Position numbers and translations under genes: made by a program | Part shown: in pieces, positions 48,106 to 57,698 of the stretch | Position numbering within the stretch: the first letter of the stretch is position 1 | Layout: each line of letters opens with the position of its first letter | Notes under the pieces: generated by a model | Told to the model about the DNA's origin: nothing | Seen by the model: the letters and a program-made list of their open reading frames with translations, nothing else | Databases searched by the model: none | Virus record (IMG/VR): IMGVR_UViG_3300025636_000001 | Span: 32,001-96,000 of that record | Direction: 5' to 3' (one strand) | Origin: a virus | Length of the DNA stretch: 64,000 nt

Positions 48106-50304
48106 TTAACAAGATGCTATTATTTGGTCATTTATAATTGTAGCATCAAAGGTACTATTAAATCCACCATCTGTTGCAGTAGCTAAATATTGCCATGGAT
48201 AAACAGTTTCTCCGTATGATGTTGTAAAAGTAGCATTAACACCTGCTCCTAAGATAAATATTTTAACTCCTTGACTCTGAGCCGAAGCTGCTAACGATTG
48301 AATAAATGTCCAATCACTATCTTCAAAAGATCCATCATCACCACCTGGTAATACGTCTGTACCAACAATAATATATTTAGCAACATCAGGTCTCCATGCG
48401 TTTGTAAAATCGTAACTCAATACTCTACTTATAGCTTGATCTGTACATTCAGGTCCAGTAGAACCTCCATTACCCATATTAATACAAGTATCATCAACAC
48501 CACCATTAAGCTTATTTAATGCTGCTGTTGCAGAAGCCCCATTATTATCTTGGAACATTTCCCAAGCAGTAATAAATAATTGATGGGAATCGCCACCTGT
48601 ATAATTTAATCTTTGTGCTTCAGGTAAACTTGTATAATCTTCACAAGAAGCATAAGCTGGAACAGTTGAAGATATTTTTTCATCTGCTGTAACAATAGAA
48701 AGTCTATAGTTATTCACTCCAGATGAACTTTGTATGGTAGTAATTAAATTTGCAAAACCAGTTTTTAATGTTTCTATTTCATCTCCCATACTTCCTGTAT
48801 AATCCATAATAAAGGCTACATCCATACCATTAGAACAAGATGTTTCAGCTGATATAAAAGTAACCGGACTACAAGTTTGAGTAACACCATTTAATGATAT
48901 TTCTAATACAACTTCATAATTAGTATTTGCTTCCAAACCTGTCAGATCTACTGAAGGATTAAAAGGTAAATTAGAAACCGATATTATATTATTACTACTA
49001 CCATCATCTAAATCTGTAATAGTAAATTTAAAAATTGCACTTGTACCTAATGTATTTGTAAAACTTAATATAGCTGATTCTTCAGTTATATCACTTACTC
49101 CTAAGTTTGTAGGACAAGTTATTGCAGCTTCAACTGAAGAAGTTACTGTTTCTTCACATTGGTCTGTTCCATTTGTAACACAAAAAGAAATAGATGTATT
49201 TAAATTAGAATATAAATTTAAAGTAGAACTAGATAGATTAAACTCATATGTTGTATTTGTTCCGGCATAATTAGAAAATGTAAAATTATTATTAGCTAAT
49301 ACACCATTACTATCAGTGATAGAAATTGTTGTTTGACCACCACAATCTGTAAAACCACTAGGAATATTAGAATTAACAAAATTAAATTCTACTCCAGTTG
49401 GATTTCCTACACTGTTTGTTATAATAGAAGTTTCATATGAAAAAATAGTTTCATCACAAGGACCAGGACAACAATTTGTTTGAATTGTTTTAATAGCTTG
49501 ATACATGTCACATATTACTATCCAAGCGTTACCTACTGCATGTGCTAAAGTTGTTGGTGTTTCAATCCAACCAGTTATATTATCATAAGTTCCTGAAGAA
49601 CTTAACATAGGTTCACTATTTGTAATACAAACAGCTTGATTAATTGCTGCATTAACTAATGGAGGTGTACCTACAGCTTCTCTTAAATCACAAAAAGCAG
49701 TTTCTAATGCTAATAATAAAGTAGATGCTGCTATAGTTTGATTTTCTAAAATACAAGTTGAAAAAACATTAGGATCTCCTCCTCCAAGATTACAATCACC
49801 GTTTGAATCTAATACACAAGACTCAATAACTTGTATTCTTGTTTCATGATCTTCAAGTTGCGTATTAATTTCATTTATTTGTTCTAATATAGAACATATT
49901 TCATTTGCTATAACTTCAGCATATATATCTAATTGTAAAGCTGTATATTCATCACCGTTACCATCTGTGTAGGGTGATAAACATGTAGGTAGTTCTAAGA
50001 TAGGTAGTTCAGAATTTTCTTCTGTTTGTAAATTACATACATAATCAATAATTAATTGAACAACATCTTTTAATTTAGGTGGTTCAATTTGACCTTGAGG
50101 TAATACACATAATAAATCTAAACCATTTGAATCTGGTTCTGGTATAACTAAATCACATAATTTTTGTGCTAATGCTGCAACCACATCACTTACTGTATCA
50201 CCTGTGCATAAATCTATACAAGAAATATCCGGCCCTTGCCAAACAACACAGTTTGAAGATATATTAGTACATGGTGCAATACCATTGTTAGTTTTTGGCA
50301 ACAT
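48106..50304 (-). CDS. Cys-rich coiled-coil/FN3/von Willebrand A protein (putative fibre or adhesin)
   Basis: Coiled coil EQINEINTQLEDHETRI; FN3 (PTNL..LTGLEANTNYEV); vWA with MIDAS-like DVAFIMDYTGSM..GTD..GVKIFILG. Confidence 0.8.
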   Translation of the reverse strand: MLPKTNNGIAPCTNISSNCVVWQGPDISCIDLCTGDTVSDVVAALAQKLCDLVIPEPDSNGLDLLCVLPQGQIEPPKLKDVVQLIIDYVCNLQTEENSELPILELPTCLSPYTDGNGDEYTALQLDIYAEVIANEICSILEQINEINTQLEDHETRIQVIESCVLDSNGDCNLGGGDPNVFSTCILENQTIAASTLLLALETAFCDLREAVGTPPLVNAAINQAVCITNSEPMLSSSGTYDNITGWIETPTTLAHAVGNAWIVICDMYQAIKTIQTNCCPGPCDETIFSYETSIITNSVGNPTGVEFNFVNSNIPSGFTDCGGQTTISITDSNGVLANNNFTFSNYAGTNTTYEFNLSSSTLNLYSNLNTSISFCVTNGTDQCEETVTSSVEAAITCPTNLGVSDITEESAILSFTNTLGTSAIFKFTITDLDDGSSNNIISVSNLPFNPSVDLTGLEANTNYEVVLEISLNGVTQTCSPVTFISAETSCSNGMDVAFIMDYTGSMGDEIETLKTGFANLITTIQSSSGVNNYRLSIVTADEKISSTVPAYASCEDYTSLPEAQRLNYTGGDSHQLFITAWEMFQDNNGASATAALNKLNGGVDDTCINMGNGGSTGPECTDQAISRVLSYDFTNAWRPDVAKYIIVGTDVLPGGDDGSFEDSDWTFIQSLAASAQSQGVKIFILGAGVNATFTTSYGETVYPWQYLATATDGGFNSTFDATIINDQIIASC

Positions 50305-50341
50305 AAAATCCTATTTTACAACTTAGAAAACTTATTTGTAT

Positions 50342-50360
50342 CTATACATAATATACAAAA
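50342..50360 (-). promoter_or_regulatory. Putative phage promoter motif TTTTGTATATTATGTATAG
   Basis: Recurrent motif upstream of ATG 50304. Confidence 0.6.
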
Positions 50361-50436
50361 GTTTTTGTAATCAAGCAAGAACTTAACCACTTAAGTTATA
50401 AAATAGGATTTATATAAATCTAAAAAAAGATTTTTA

Positions 50437-50727
50437 TTATTCTGAAACTACTTCCATAGAAGAATTTTCTTCAACAGGTATATCTGAAATAGTACCATCA
50501 GCAAGAGAAATATTTACTTGCCCATACTTTTCTTCAAGTTTAGCTGAAGCTTTTTGCATTTCTGATTTCATAGTAGCATGATCTTGTAATAATTCATACT
50601 TTGAAATTTCAATACTTGCAAGATTATTTACAATAATACCAATTTTTTGTTGTAAGCCTCTTAATGTTTCTAATTCTTCAGCAGTAATTTTTTTATCTGC
50701 TACTTCTTTTGTTGCTTTTTTTGCCAT
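50437..50727 (-). CDS. Small coiled-coil protein in the fibre cluster
   Basis: Helical 96-aa ORF ending LEEKYGQVNISLADGTI; variant motif TTTGTATATTTG upstream at 50760-50771. Confidence 0.7.
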   Translation of the reverse strand: MAKKATKEVADKKITAEELETLRGLQQKIGIIVNNLASIEISKYELLQDHATMKSEMQKASAKLEEKYGQVNISLADGTISDIPVEENSSMEVVSE

Positions 50728-50786
50728 GGTTATTTTTAATTAAATAATTATTATTATTACAAATATACAAATTATTATTTAATTAC

Positions 50787-51143
50787 CTAATTATTTATAG
50801 GATCGTCAGCTACAGTTAGTGTAACTGATACAGGTGTGATTAAAGCGTTAATTTGATTTTCAATACTTTCCTCTATACTAGCAACCTGCTCCTCTCCCAT
50901 AGCTTCTTTAACCCATCCTATAACATCGCTATGTACTACAGTATCAAAAGCTGTAAAATTAGATAAGTCTTCTGTACTTAAAGATTGTGTTCCTATGTTA
51001 GTACTTGAGTAAGGATTGCCTTGAGGATCAACTTGATCTGAAGTACCTGTTACTCTCCAATGCACATTATACACTACATCAGATTCTCCTCCGTGTGTTG
51101 GGTATGTGTCAACCGTTTTGCAATTCCAATTATACGTTATCAT
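50787..51143 (-). CDS. Tail-fibre-associated small protein, paralog 2
   Basis: MITYNW..VYNVHW..FTAFD..VIGWV; similar to the upstream neighbour. Confidence 0.75.
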   Translation of the reverse strand: MITYNWNCKTVDTYPTHGGESDVVYNVHWRVTGTSDQVDPQGNPYSSTNIGTQSLSTEDLSNFTAFDTVVHSDVIGWVKEAMGEEQVASIEESIENQINALITPVSVTLTVADDPINN

Positions 51144-51504
51144 CTTCTATATTTGTTTCTGGTTCTACTGGCTCTTCTGTTGCTAACCAGTCTAATTCTG
51201 TTACATCTTCGTTAGTAGGCACAACCTTAGCTTTAATACCTTTTTCAATAACTTCATTCATATGATCTACAGGGTGATTTGCTTTTGCCCACTCGATAAC
51301 CATATCTTCAGTTAATGTTTCAATACTTGCAAAGTTTTCAGCAGATGGTGCTCCTACGGGGCAAGCTCCATTAAATGTGTGGGACTCTCCAGATTCCGCA
51401 TCAGTACCTGTATAATCAAATTTAATGTGTGTAATCACATTAGACAATCCGTCTAGCGTTGGTGCTTTCTTTAAAGCCGTGATTTTCCAATTGTAAGTAA
51501 TCAT
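51130..51504 (-). CDS. Tail-fibre-associated small protein, paralog 1
   Basis: MITYNW..ITHIKF..FASIE..VIEWA; directly follows the fibre gene. Confidence 0.75.
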   Translation of the reverse strand: MITYNWKITALKKAPTLDGLSNVITHIKFDYTGTDAESGESHTFNGACPVGAPSAENFASIETLTEDMVIEWAKANHPVDHMNEVIEKGIKAKVVPTNEDVTELDWLATEEPVEPETNIEDDNV

Positions 51505-51506
51505 AA

Positions 51507-54500
51507 TTATTTATTTTCTAATGTTTGTATTCTTGTTTCTAATAATTCTATTTTTTGTATTGCCTCTTTTAGTGCTGCTGTAAGGACAGGAATCACTTTA
51601 CTATAATCTAGATCTTGATAAACAGGATTACTATTCTCATCTACTGCATCTTTTACTCCTGTTACAGCTTCTGGGACTACCTCTGCTACTTCATGAGCTA
51701 TAAAGCCGTCAACTTCAATGCCGTTTTCAATCCATTCAAATCTGCTTGGTTTTAATTTTTTTACTTTTTCTATACCATTTTCTAAGTCTACCACGTTTGT
51801 TTTTAACCTATAGTCTGAGGTAGTTCCGTAGTTAACAGTTGTAGAAGAAGGCATTGATATTTTACCGGCTTGAGTATTCGCTGAATTTCTAAAATCAATA
51901 ACAGAACCCCCGTTGCTTATATTTTTAATTTGTATTAAGTTAGATGTTGTAGGATTAGTTGACCCAACTACGGTTATTTTAGCAACAGGGCTGTAATCTC
52001 CAAGACCTAAATTACCGTTTGTCTTAAACGTCATGTTAGTTGAAGTATTCGCAGAAGTACCTATTACTTCAAATCTACTGTTAGTAGCAGAAGCGTCATC
52101 AGGTGTATTTACCAGTAACCTACCGTCATCCGTTAAACGCATTTTTTCCGTTTGACCAGATCCTGTTCTAAAAGCAATCTTATAAGTGCTGGATATATTT
52201 AAAATAGTATTAAATGGATTTATAGAACCCATAAGAGCGGAGCCATCATAAAAGTCTATGCCATTTCCACTATCAATTCTCATGGTTCCACCTTTAACGT
52301 GTAGTCTTGCCGAAGGGTTTCTGTTTCCTATACCTACATATCCATTAGATTTTATATTTAGGTTATTACTACTCCATCCGCTAGAAGCTCCTAGACCCAT
52401 TATACCGTTTCTAGATACAACATACATATCGTCAACAGTATCCGATATTTTTAAACTTGTATTTATTCCAACAGTGTTTTCAAATACTGCAACAGTTCCC
52501 GCGTTGGCCTGAGCAGAAACTCTAAATGGTCCTATTCCAGTTGCACCATCATTTGTATTTACAACGTCTAGCTTATAATCTGTTGGACTAGTAGTCCCAA
52601 TCCCCACGTTGCCTGTATCAGTCAATGACATCATAGTGCCAACACCTGTAGTGGTTTTACCCATATAGAAGTCAAGTCTTGCTGAGTCTGTTCTTACTAC
52701 TGAATGCGTAGAGTAGCCTTCAAAAAGAGTACCTTGACTACCAGTAGTAAAATTACCAAAACTTAAAGTTGAAACAAATTTACCGTGATTTAATCTAGAA
52801 GTGCTTGCTGGGTTTAAATAATAATTAGTGTCGTTACTGTCGTAAAAAATAGGTGCTCTTGATGACCCTGGGGATAATGTGTATGAGTTAAAAACTTGAA
52901 ACTCAAGATTATTGTCGCAATAAAGCTCTAATGGGTTTGTACCTGTTTGAGTTCTAACCGCCCAATTACCATCATTATCTAACAACCCGAATCCTGTTCC
53001 ATCAGCAAATACATACCCTTTTCTAGTACCACCACCGTTTAAAAACTTTATACCACCTGTAGTAGCATCTCCATACTTAAAGTTTAAATAACTATCATTA
53101 CCATCATCATAGAACCTTACGTTGTCATTAAAATGTAGTTGAGAAACGTAATTTACTTCTGTGTTATTCACATTTATGCTTCCACCCATAGTCAAAGCAT
53201 ATCCAGCAGATATAGAGGTTCCTCCAATACTCATTTGACCTCTTAAATATACATCGTTTCCAGACTCTCCAAGATACATTCCTTGTGAACTTGTATCTCC
53301 ATACCAATGCTGTCCCTGTATAACATAAAAAGCAGTATCATACCTAGGGATAGCACCAGATGAAGAGGTTTGTATTTTATTAAATCTTGAAGTACTATTT
53401 GGGTCTACATAAAAAGCTGTGTCGTTTGAGTCATAAAATATAGGTGCTCTCATATCTACCGTACTTCTTAGTGAATTCACAAAGTTTGTATCAGTATAAT
53501 TCCAAGTGTGAGTTATAAGGTTTGATCCTTCATATAATCTCCAATTTACATTAACACCATTTCCATTAGCGCCGTCATTAAAATGTGGATAGTGATTTCC
53601 ATTAGAGTCATGCGGATTAAGATAATAATGCCCACTATAAACATTATTTCCGCTTAAAAGTGAAACAGCAGTATCTGTACTCGCACCTCTTGCTGTTACG
53701 GTAGCTAAAGTATCTGTTTCCGAGTATGATGTAAGAAAAGCAGAAGCATGCTGCCCATCTAACAAATCAGCATCTAATCCTGAGTCTGAGCCATCGTTGC
53801 CGTCTGTCCATATTTTTTGCCAAGAGCTCCACGCTGTGTTAAAACTTCTAGTGTAAGGCAACCCTGAAACAAAATGAGTAGCTAACTGCCCTGTTACATT
53901 ATCGTTATTACCAAAAGTAGTTATAGCGTAATGCTCGTTTGTAGGATTACTAGCGTTAGGATCAACCCTTCTGCTAGAAGGAGTAGTATAATCAGGTGAG
54001 GTTGTGTTTCCTAATTGTTTTACAAAACCCGTAGAATCAATACCATCTAAAAGGTCAGAGTCTGCGGCTTTACCTGTTGTTGTTAAGTAACCACTTAAAT
54101 CTTGATCTCCTGTGTTAGTACCAGAAAGATTAGTTGCAAAAATATCTCCACTAAAAGTTCCTCCATTAGCAGCTGATACAAAATCAGTTGGAATAGTGTT
54201 TGTATCCTGTGTTAAATCTCTCCAAGAATACCAAGTTCCATTATAGTATTGTCTTTGGTATACATTTATAGAGTTATATTTACTATATCTTTGTACTGTA
54301 AATAAACCGTTGCCGTAATCATCGTTGTATACTTCTAAAATACCAGCTGAATCTGTTGGATAATTACTACCGCTAGCTGCATCAGCATTGGCGTTTTGAC
54401 AAAATATACCTGTAGTTCTATATGTATTTAAATCTACACTTCCAGGTATTTCACCTCCTTGTAATCTGAAAGCCCCTGAATCTAAGTTTATACCTGTACC

Positions 54501-54944
54501 TGCTGTGTATGTTGTATTTGCATCAGTTCTCCACGCTGGATTACCTGTTGCATCAGTTTTCCACACTTTATTTGCCTGTCCTGATCCTTGAGCAACATAA
54601 CCATCTGAATCAACTGCGTTAGCCCTCCAAGTGTTAGTATCTGTCCAAGGCACGTTTATAACCGCTTGGTTAGAAGAGTTTAATTGTAGCCCATAAGTTC
54701 TATTTGCTGTTGTTGTAACTGCGTTAGCGGCTACTGTTTGGTCGGTGTTATTAAATAACTTAATTAAACCTAATGTAGTATTGGTTGCAACAGTTGTATT
54801 TAATAAGTACCCACTTAAATCTTGAGTACTTTGATCTATCCAAGCGACACCTGTACCTGTAGATGATAACACTTGTCCATTAGTACCTGTACTGCCACCA
54901 ATCTCTACACCTGCCTGTATTTTTATGTCACTTTTAAATTTCAT
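51507..54944 (-). CDS. Tail fibre with knob modules and C-terminal intramolecular chaperone (peptidase S74)
   Basis: DADLLDG motifs, GNVGIGTTSP-type repeats, pyocin-knob-like segment, SDYRLK..GFIAHEV..DYSKVIPVL plus terminal coiled coil. Confidence 0.9.
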   Translation of the reverse strand: MKFKSDIKIQAGVEIGGSTGTNGQVLSSTGTGVAWIDQSTQDLSGYLLNTTVATNTTLGLIKLFNNTDQTVAANAVTTTANRTYGLQLNSSNQAVINVPWTDTNTWRANAVDSDGYVAQGSGQANKVWKTDATGNPAWRTDANTTYTAGTGINLDSGAFRLQGGEIPGSVDLNTYRTTGIFCQNANADAASGSNYPTDSAGILEVYNDDYGNGLFTVQRYSKYNSINVYQRQYYNGTWYSWRDLTQDTNTIPTDFVSAANGGTFSGDIFATNLSGTNTGDQDLSGYLTTTGKAADSDLLDGIDSTGFVKQLGNTTSPDYTTPSSRRVDPNASNPTNEHYAITTFGNNDNVTGQLATHFVSGLPYTRSFNTAWSSWQKIWTDGNDGSDSGLDADLLDGQHASAFLTSYSETDTLATVTARGASTDTAVSLLSGNNVYSGHYYLNPHDSNGNHYPHFNDGANGNGVNVNWRLYEGSNLITHTWNYTDTNFVNSLRSTVDMRAPIFYDSNDTAFYVDPNSTSRFNKIQTSSSGAIPRYDTAFYVIQGQHWYGDTSSQGMYLGESGNDVYLRGQMSIGGTSISAGYALTMGGSINVNNTEVNYVSQLHFNDNVRFYDDGNDSYLNFKYGDATTGGIKFLNGGGTRKGYVFADGTGFGLLDNDGNWAVRTQTGTNPLELYCDNNLEFQVFNSYTLSPGSSRAPIFYDSNDTNYYLNPASTSRLNHGKFVSTLSFGNFTTGSQGTLFEGYSTHSVVRTDSARLDFYMGKTTTGVGTMMSLTDTGNVGIGTTSPTDYKLDVVNTNDGATGIGPFRVSAQANAGTVAVFENTVGINTSLKISDTVDDMYVVSRNGIMGLGASSGWSSNNLNIKSNGYVGIGNRNPSARLHVKGGTMRIDSGNGIDFYDGSALMGSINPFNTILNISSTYKIAFRTGSGQTEKMRLTDDGRLLVNTPDDASATNSRFEVIGTSANTSTNMTFKTNGNLGLGDYSPVAKITVVGSTNPTTSNLIQIKNISNGGSVIDFRNSANTQAGKISMPSSTTVNYGTTSDYRLKTNVVDLENGIEKVKKLKPSRFEWIENGIEVDGFIAHEVAEVVPEAVTGVKDAVDENSNPVYQDLDYSKVIPVLTAALKEAIQKIELLETRIQTLENK

Positions 54945-54960
54945 ATATTATTTTTTATTA

Positions 54961-56313
54961 TTAGCCTATCAACTGTATCAAAGCTATTACACCTGTTGGT
55001 TCAGTTACTCCATAAGTAACAGAAAAAGTTGTAGTACTTAATCTTTGTACATCTGCGTGTACTGTTTCTCCGTTTGAATCAACTAATTGTATTAATACAT
55101 TATTTGTACTTGTAGCTTCCATACTGTTAGGGTATGTATATGTTGCTGAGGTTGGGACAGCAATACTTCCAGATTTTGCAGTAATTAATGTATTAACTTC
55201 ATTAGTTAAATCAGAAGAAGTTAAAGCCGTTACATGACCATAGTCATCTAATGTTACATCTTGTATAACTGTAAGACCTGAATTGTCTACTGATGCTTGA
55301 TCAGAAGTGTCTGCGTGAGATATTGTGATTGTTGTAGCATCTGCATCATTAGCTGTAAACGTTCCTGAACCTATAAGTCCATTAGTTCCTTCTACTGTTA
55401 ATATTGCATCATTAATATCATCTAAAAGAGCAATAGTACCTGTAGCGTCTGGTAATGTAATTGTTCTATTTTCTGTAAGAGTGCCTGCTAATAATGTTAA
55501 TGCAATATCATCTGAAGCTACATTACCTTCAAAAATAACTCCATTACTTGTAGATACTGTTTCTACATTATTTGTAGTTGTTGTACCTACAACTTGTAAA
55601 TCACCAGGAATAACAATAGTAGATGTTTGACCACCAAGTGTTAAACTATTAGCACCAATAGATGCACCAATAGTTCTATCACCAGCAGCAAAATCTAAAG
55701 ATGTTAAACCATTTAACAATGTTGATGCACCTCCTAATGAAATAACTGTTGTACCAATAGTGATTGAACTATTAACAAGTTTATCATTAGTAATAGAGTT
55801 GTTATCTATACCAAGAGTAATTACACCATCGCTTGTAATTGGAGATCCTGAAACATTAATACCATCATTACCTGATATACCAATAGATGTTACTGTACCT
55901 ACAGTTGAACTCCAATTTTGATCATTTTCAAAATTACTTAATTTAATTTCAGAAGCTGCTTTTCTACTTTCAGTTTCACCATCTTGCAAAATGAATTCAG
56001 TAGCTCCTGTAATATCAGCAGTCATGTCAGTTAACTCTGAGAAGTCAAGATCAAGAGTTATAGAACCAACTGTACCACCTCCTGATAAACCTACGCCTGC
56101 TATAATATCTGTAATATCACCAGATGCTGAAACCCAGTTTGCCCCATCCCAAACCTCTAAAGCTTTTAATGTTCCATTATAAACTGTTTGACCAACTGTA
56201 GGGTTTGCAGGCCTAGTTGCAGTAGTTAAAGGATGTATTACCACATTGGATAATACATTTTGTTGCATATCTATTGCTAAACTTTCTATATTAGAAAAAT
56301 ATTTAATTGCCAT
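54961..56313 (-). CDS. Tail fibre/structural protein
   Basis: G/T/S/I-rich beta sequence (GTVTSI, SPITSDG, RTITLPDATGT, DDYGHVT). Confidence 0.75.
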   Translation of the reverse strand: MAIKYFSNIESLAIDMQQNVLSNVVIHPLTTATRPANPTVGQTVYNGTLKALEVWDGANWVSASGDITDIIAGVGLSGGGTVGSITLDLDFSELTDMTADITGATEFILQDGETESRKAASEIKLSNFENDQNWSSTVGTVTSIGISGNDGINVSGSPITSDGVITLGIDNNSITNDKLVNSSITIGTTVISLGGASTLLNGLTSLDFAAGDRTIGASIGANSLTLGGQTSTIVIPGDLQVVGTTTTNNVETVSTSNGVIFEGNVASDDIALTLLAGTLTENRTITLPDATGTIALLDDINDAILTVEGTNGLIGSGTFTANDADATTITISHADTSDQASVDNSGLTVIQDVTLDDYGHVTALTSSDLTNEVNTLITAKSGSIAVPTSATYTYPNSMEATSTNNVLIQLVDSNGETVHADVQRLSTTTFSVTYGVTEPTGVIALIQLIG

Positions 56314-56350
56314 AATTGTTTTTATTTATTTATTTTTACTTATTGTTTTA

Positions 56351-56872
56351 TTAATTTAAATAAGCTGTACCAGATAAAGGAACAGCAAAAATTATTTTTA
56401 ATGTGTTTAAATCTATATAATCAATTTCAGCAACAATATCATTTCCTGCTAAATCTTCAATTCTAACAGAAGGTTTTTTTTCTAAATCATGTGTTATAGT
56501 CCAAACAGCAAGAGCTGTTGATTGTGTATGAACATAGTTTAAATCTTTTTCATCAACCGCATTTGCAAAAGTTTCTTCAAGTATTTGAAGTCTATCAATT
56601 AAAGCTTGCACATCAACTGAAGTCCAAGTTGTTGTTCCTGTTTCTGTAGGTGTTAGACAAACTTCAACTCCTAACATTGAAGAATAAACATCTGATAATG
56701 CTACATCTGAATTTAATTCTTGCCAGTCAGATAATTCTTTTTTAATAGATACTTTTTCCATATCTAAAATACAACAAGGAGTCATACCAAAACGTATAGA
56801 ATTAAAATTTTTATATACAGCCGTAGCAAATTTTTTTTCAGTTTCTATAGTTTTTATTAGTTTGCTATCCAT
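56351..56872 (-). CDS. Structural protein (tail hub/fibre base candidate)
   Basis: RFGMTPCC N-terminus; C-terminal YVHTQ..WTITHDL..PSV..SGTAYLN beta domain common in phage structural proteins. Confidence 0.6.
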   Translation of the reverse strand: MDSKLIKTIETEKKFATAVYKNFNSIRFGMTPCCILDMEKVSIKKELSDWQELNSDVALSDVYSSMLGVEVCLTPTETGTTTWTSVDVQALIDRLQILEETFANAVDEKDLNYVHTQSTALAVWTITHDLEKKPSVRIEDLAGNDIVAEIDYIDLNTLKIIFAVPLSGTAYLN

Positions 56873-56875
56873 TTT

Positions 56876-57001
56876 TTATTTTTTTTCTAAGCTTTTTTCT
56901 TCATATGCTTTAACACAAGTTTTATGGACTATTGATCCATCAGACGCTTTTGTTTTTTGACAGCCACAACTAAAGCTTTTATTACATTGTTTACAATTCA
57001 T
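56876..57001 (-). CDS. 41-aa Cys/His-rich (Zn-binding-like) peptide, missing from the ORF track
   Basis: MNCKQCNKSFSCGCQKTKASDGSIVHKTCVKAYEEKSLEKK*; fills the intergenic gap; its 16-nt start region is identical to that of nrdA. Confidence 0.75.
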   Translation of the reverse strand: MNCKQCNKSFSCGCQKTKASDGSIVHKTCVKAYEEKSLEKK

Positions 57002-57022
57002 AATTTGTTGGTTTTTAAAAGT

Positions 57023-57574
57023 TTAACATCCAATTGTTTTACAAGATATTTTTTGCAGTCTTTTTTTAGCATAATCATATAAATCCATTCCTTCCCCAGG
57101 ACTGTTACAATATTCAACTTTAGCTATAGCTGCATCAATTAATGTTCTAATATATTTCATTTCATTAATTAAATCTTTTCTTTCACTATGTGGTTCACAA
57201 TCATTTACATCAATGTGACATAATGTTTCATAATATAACTTTAAAAGATTTGTAGTTCTAAGATGATTGTATTCAACATAAACTTTATTAGTTGGTGCTA
57301 CACTATACTTAATAATGTAAATACCATCGGCTAATGCAGTTCTCATATCACCACAATTTTCAGTTTGTGTTCCTAATAAACAACCATTTAAGTTAAGATT
57401 AAAATTAGGGTTTAATTTAATCAGTACAGGAACCGTATAACCAGGACTAGTTATTAATAATTCTCCACAGTCAATATTTAATTGTTCAACGTATTGACTT
57501 GTATCTTTGATGCTTAAAATTTCACAATTAGAAACTGCAGGTAATTCTAAACTTAATATATGTTTGCTTGCCAT
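57023..57574 (-). CDS. Conserved crAss-like structural protein (tail hub candidate)
   Basis: IKDTSQY..ITSPG..LADGIYIIKYSVAP pattern; position downstream of the capsid block. Confidence 0.6.
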   Translation of the reverse strand: MASKHILSLELPAVSNCEILSIKDTSQYVEQLNIDCGELLITSPGYTVPVLIKLNPNFNLNLNGCLLGTQTENCGDMRTALADGIYIIKYSVAPTNKVYVEYNHLRTTNLLKLYYETLCHIDVNDCEPHSERKDLINEMKYIRTLIDAAIAKVEYCNSPGEGMDLYDYAKKRLQKISCKTIGC

Positions 57575-57603
57575 ATCAATCTTATTATAATATAGTTATA
57601 TTA

Positions 57604-57624
57604 CTATATATATAATATACAAAA
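57604..57624 (-). promoter_or_regulatory. Putative phage promoter motif TTTTGTATATTATATATATAG
   Basis: Recurrent motif between a terminator and ATG 57574. Confidence 0.65.
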
Positions 57625-57644
57625 AAAAGCTGATATTTTGAAAT

Positions 57645-57676
57645 AAAAAAAGGCAGGAGATTTACCCCTGCCTTTT
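57645..57676 (-). terminator. Intrinsic terminator
   Basis: AAAAGGCAGG/CCTGCCTTTT inverted repeat with a T-run on the - strand. Confidence 0.8.
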
Positions 57677-57698
57677 ATATTAAAAACTTTTATTAATC

